From: a virus
Taxonomy: Duplodnaviria; Caudoviricetes
IMG/VR virus record: IMGVR_UViG_3300017648_000002
Coordinates: 1-44,004 of that record
Reading direction: 5' to 3' (one strand)
Length of the DNA stretch: 44,004 nucleotides
Positions within the stretch are counted from its first letter, which is position 1, and every line of letters starts with the position of its first letter. Both the position numbers and the translations under genes were made by a program. Below, piece after piece: positions 43,882 to 44,004 of the stretch. Under the pieces are notes generated by a model. It searched no databases. It worked only from the letters and a program-made list of their open reading frames with translations, and had not been told where the DNA came from.

Positions 43882-44004
43882 GCAGTGCGCATGGACAGTG
43901 TGTTCTGGATAGCTGCGAACGGATCATAGCTCTCGATTGCTGAGCGTTGGGTAGAAGCGACGTTCCCCAGATTGCCAGCCATTGCCTGATACTGCATAAA
44001 CGCC
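43882..44004. repeat. Terminal direct repeat, copy 2 (circular contig overlap)
   Basis: Identical to 1-123; an ORF reads through the junction. Confidence 0.97.

Noticed and set aside
389-43912. Numerous short plus-strand ORFs in the six-frame track that overlap long minus-strand genes
   Set aside because: Antisense shadow ORFs without motifs or translation signals

Overview
The window looks like one complete circular dsDNA phage genome of about 43,881 bp: positions 1-123 repeat exactly at 43882-44004, and one ORF reads across that junction. Most genes are on the minus strand. It has podovirus-like head and virion genes: small terminase, a large terminase split into separate ATPase and nuclease genes, P22-like portal, scaffold, major capsid, adaptor, tail tubular protein, internal virion proteins and a fibre. 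No tape measure or sheath is evident. It also has a CHAP endolysin with holins and a replication/recombination block. Four things stand out. (1) Eight copies of a promoter-like motif GTTAAC-N18-(T/C)ANNNT precede the virion genes, mostly leaderless, and a Zn-finger/sigma70-region-4-like gene sits directly upstream of the first copy. (2) A roughly 12 kb plasmid-like block carries ParA plus an RHH partner, a second initiator with its own iterons, a Replic_Relax-type relaxase between two VirD4-like ATPases, ArdC and a dif-like site; no integrase was recognised. (3) A defence island sits inside the head module: NaeI-like R-M, a ThsB-like TIR with a membrane protein, and a HIT hydrolase. (4) There are tandem tRNA-like RNAs with expanded arms and repeated hairpin/pseudoknot leaders. 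All family calls come from motif recognition by eye; no database searches were run.
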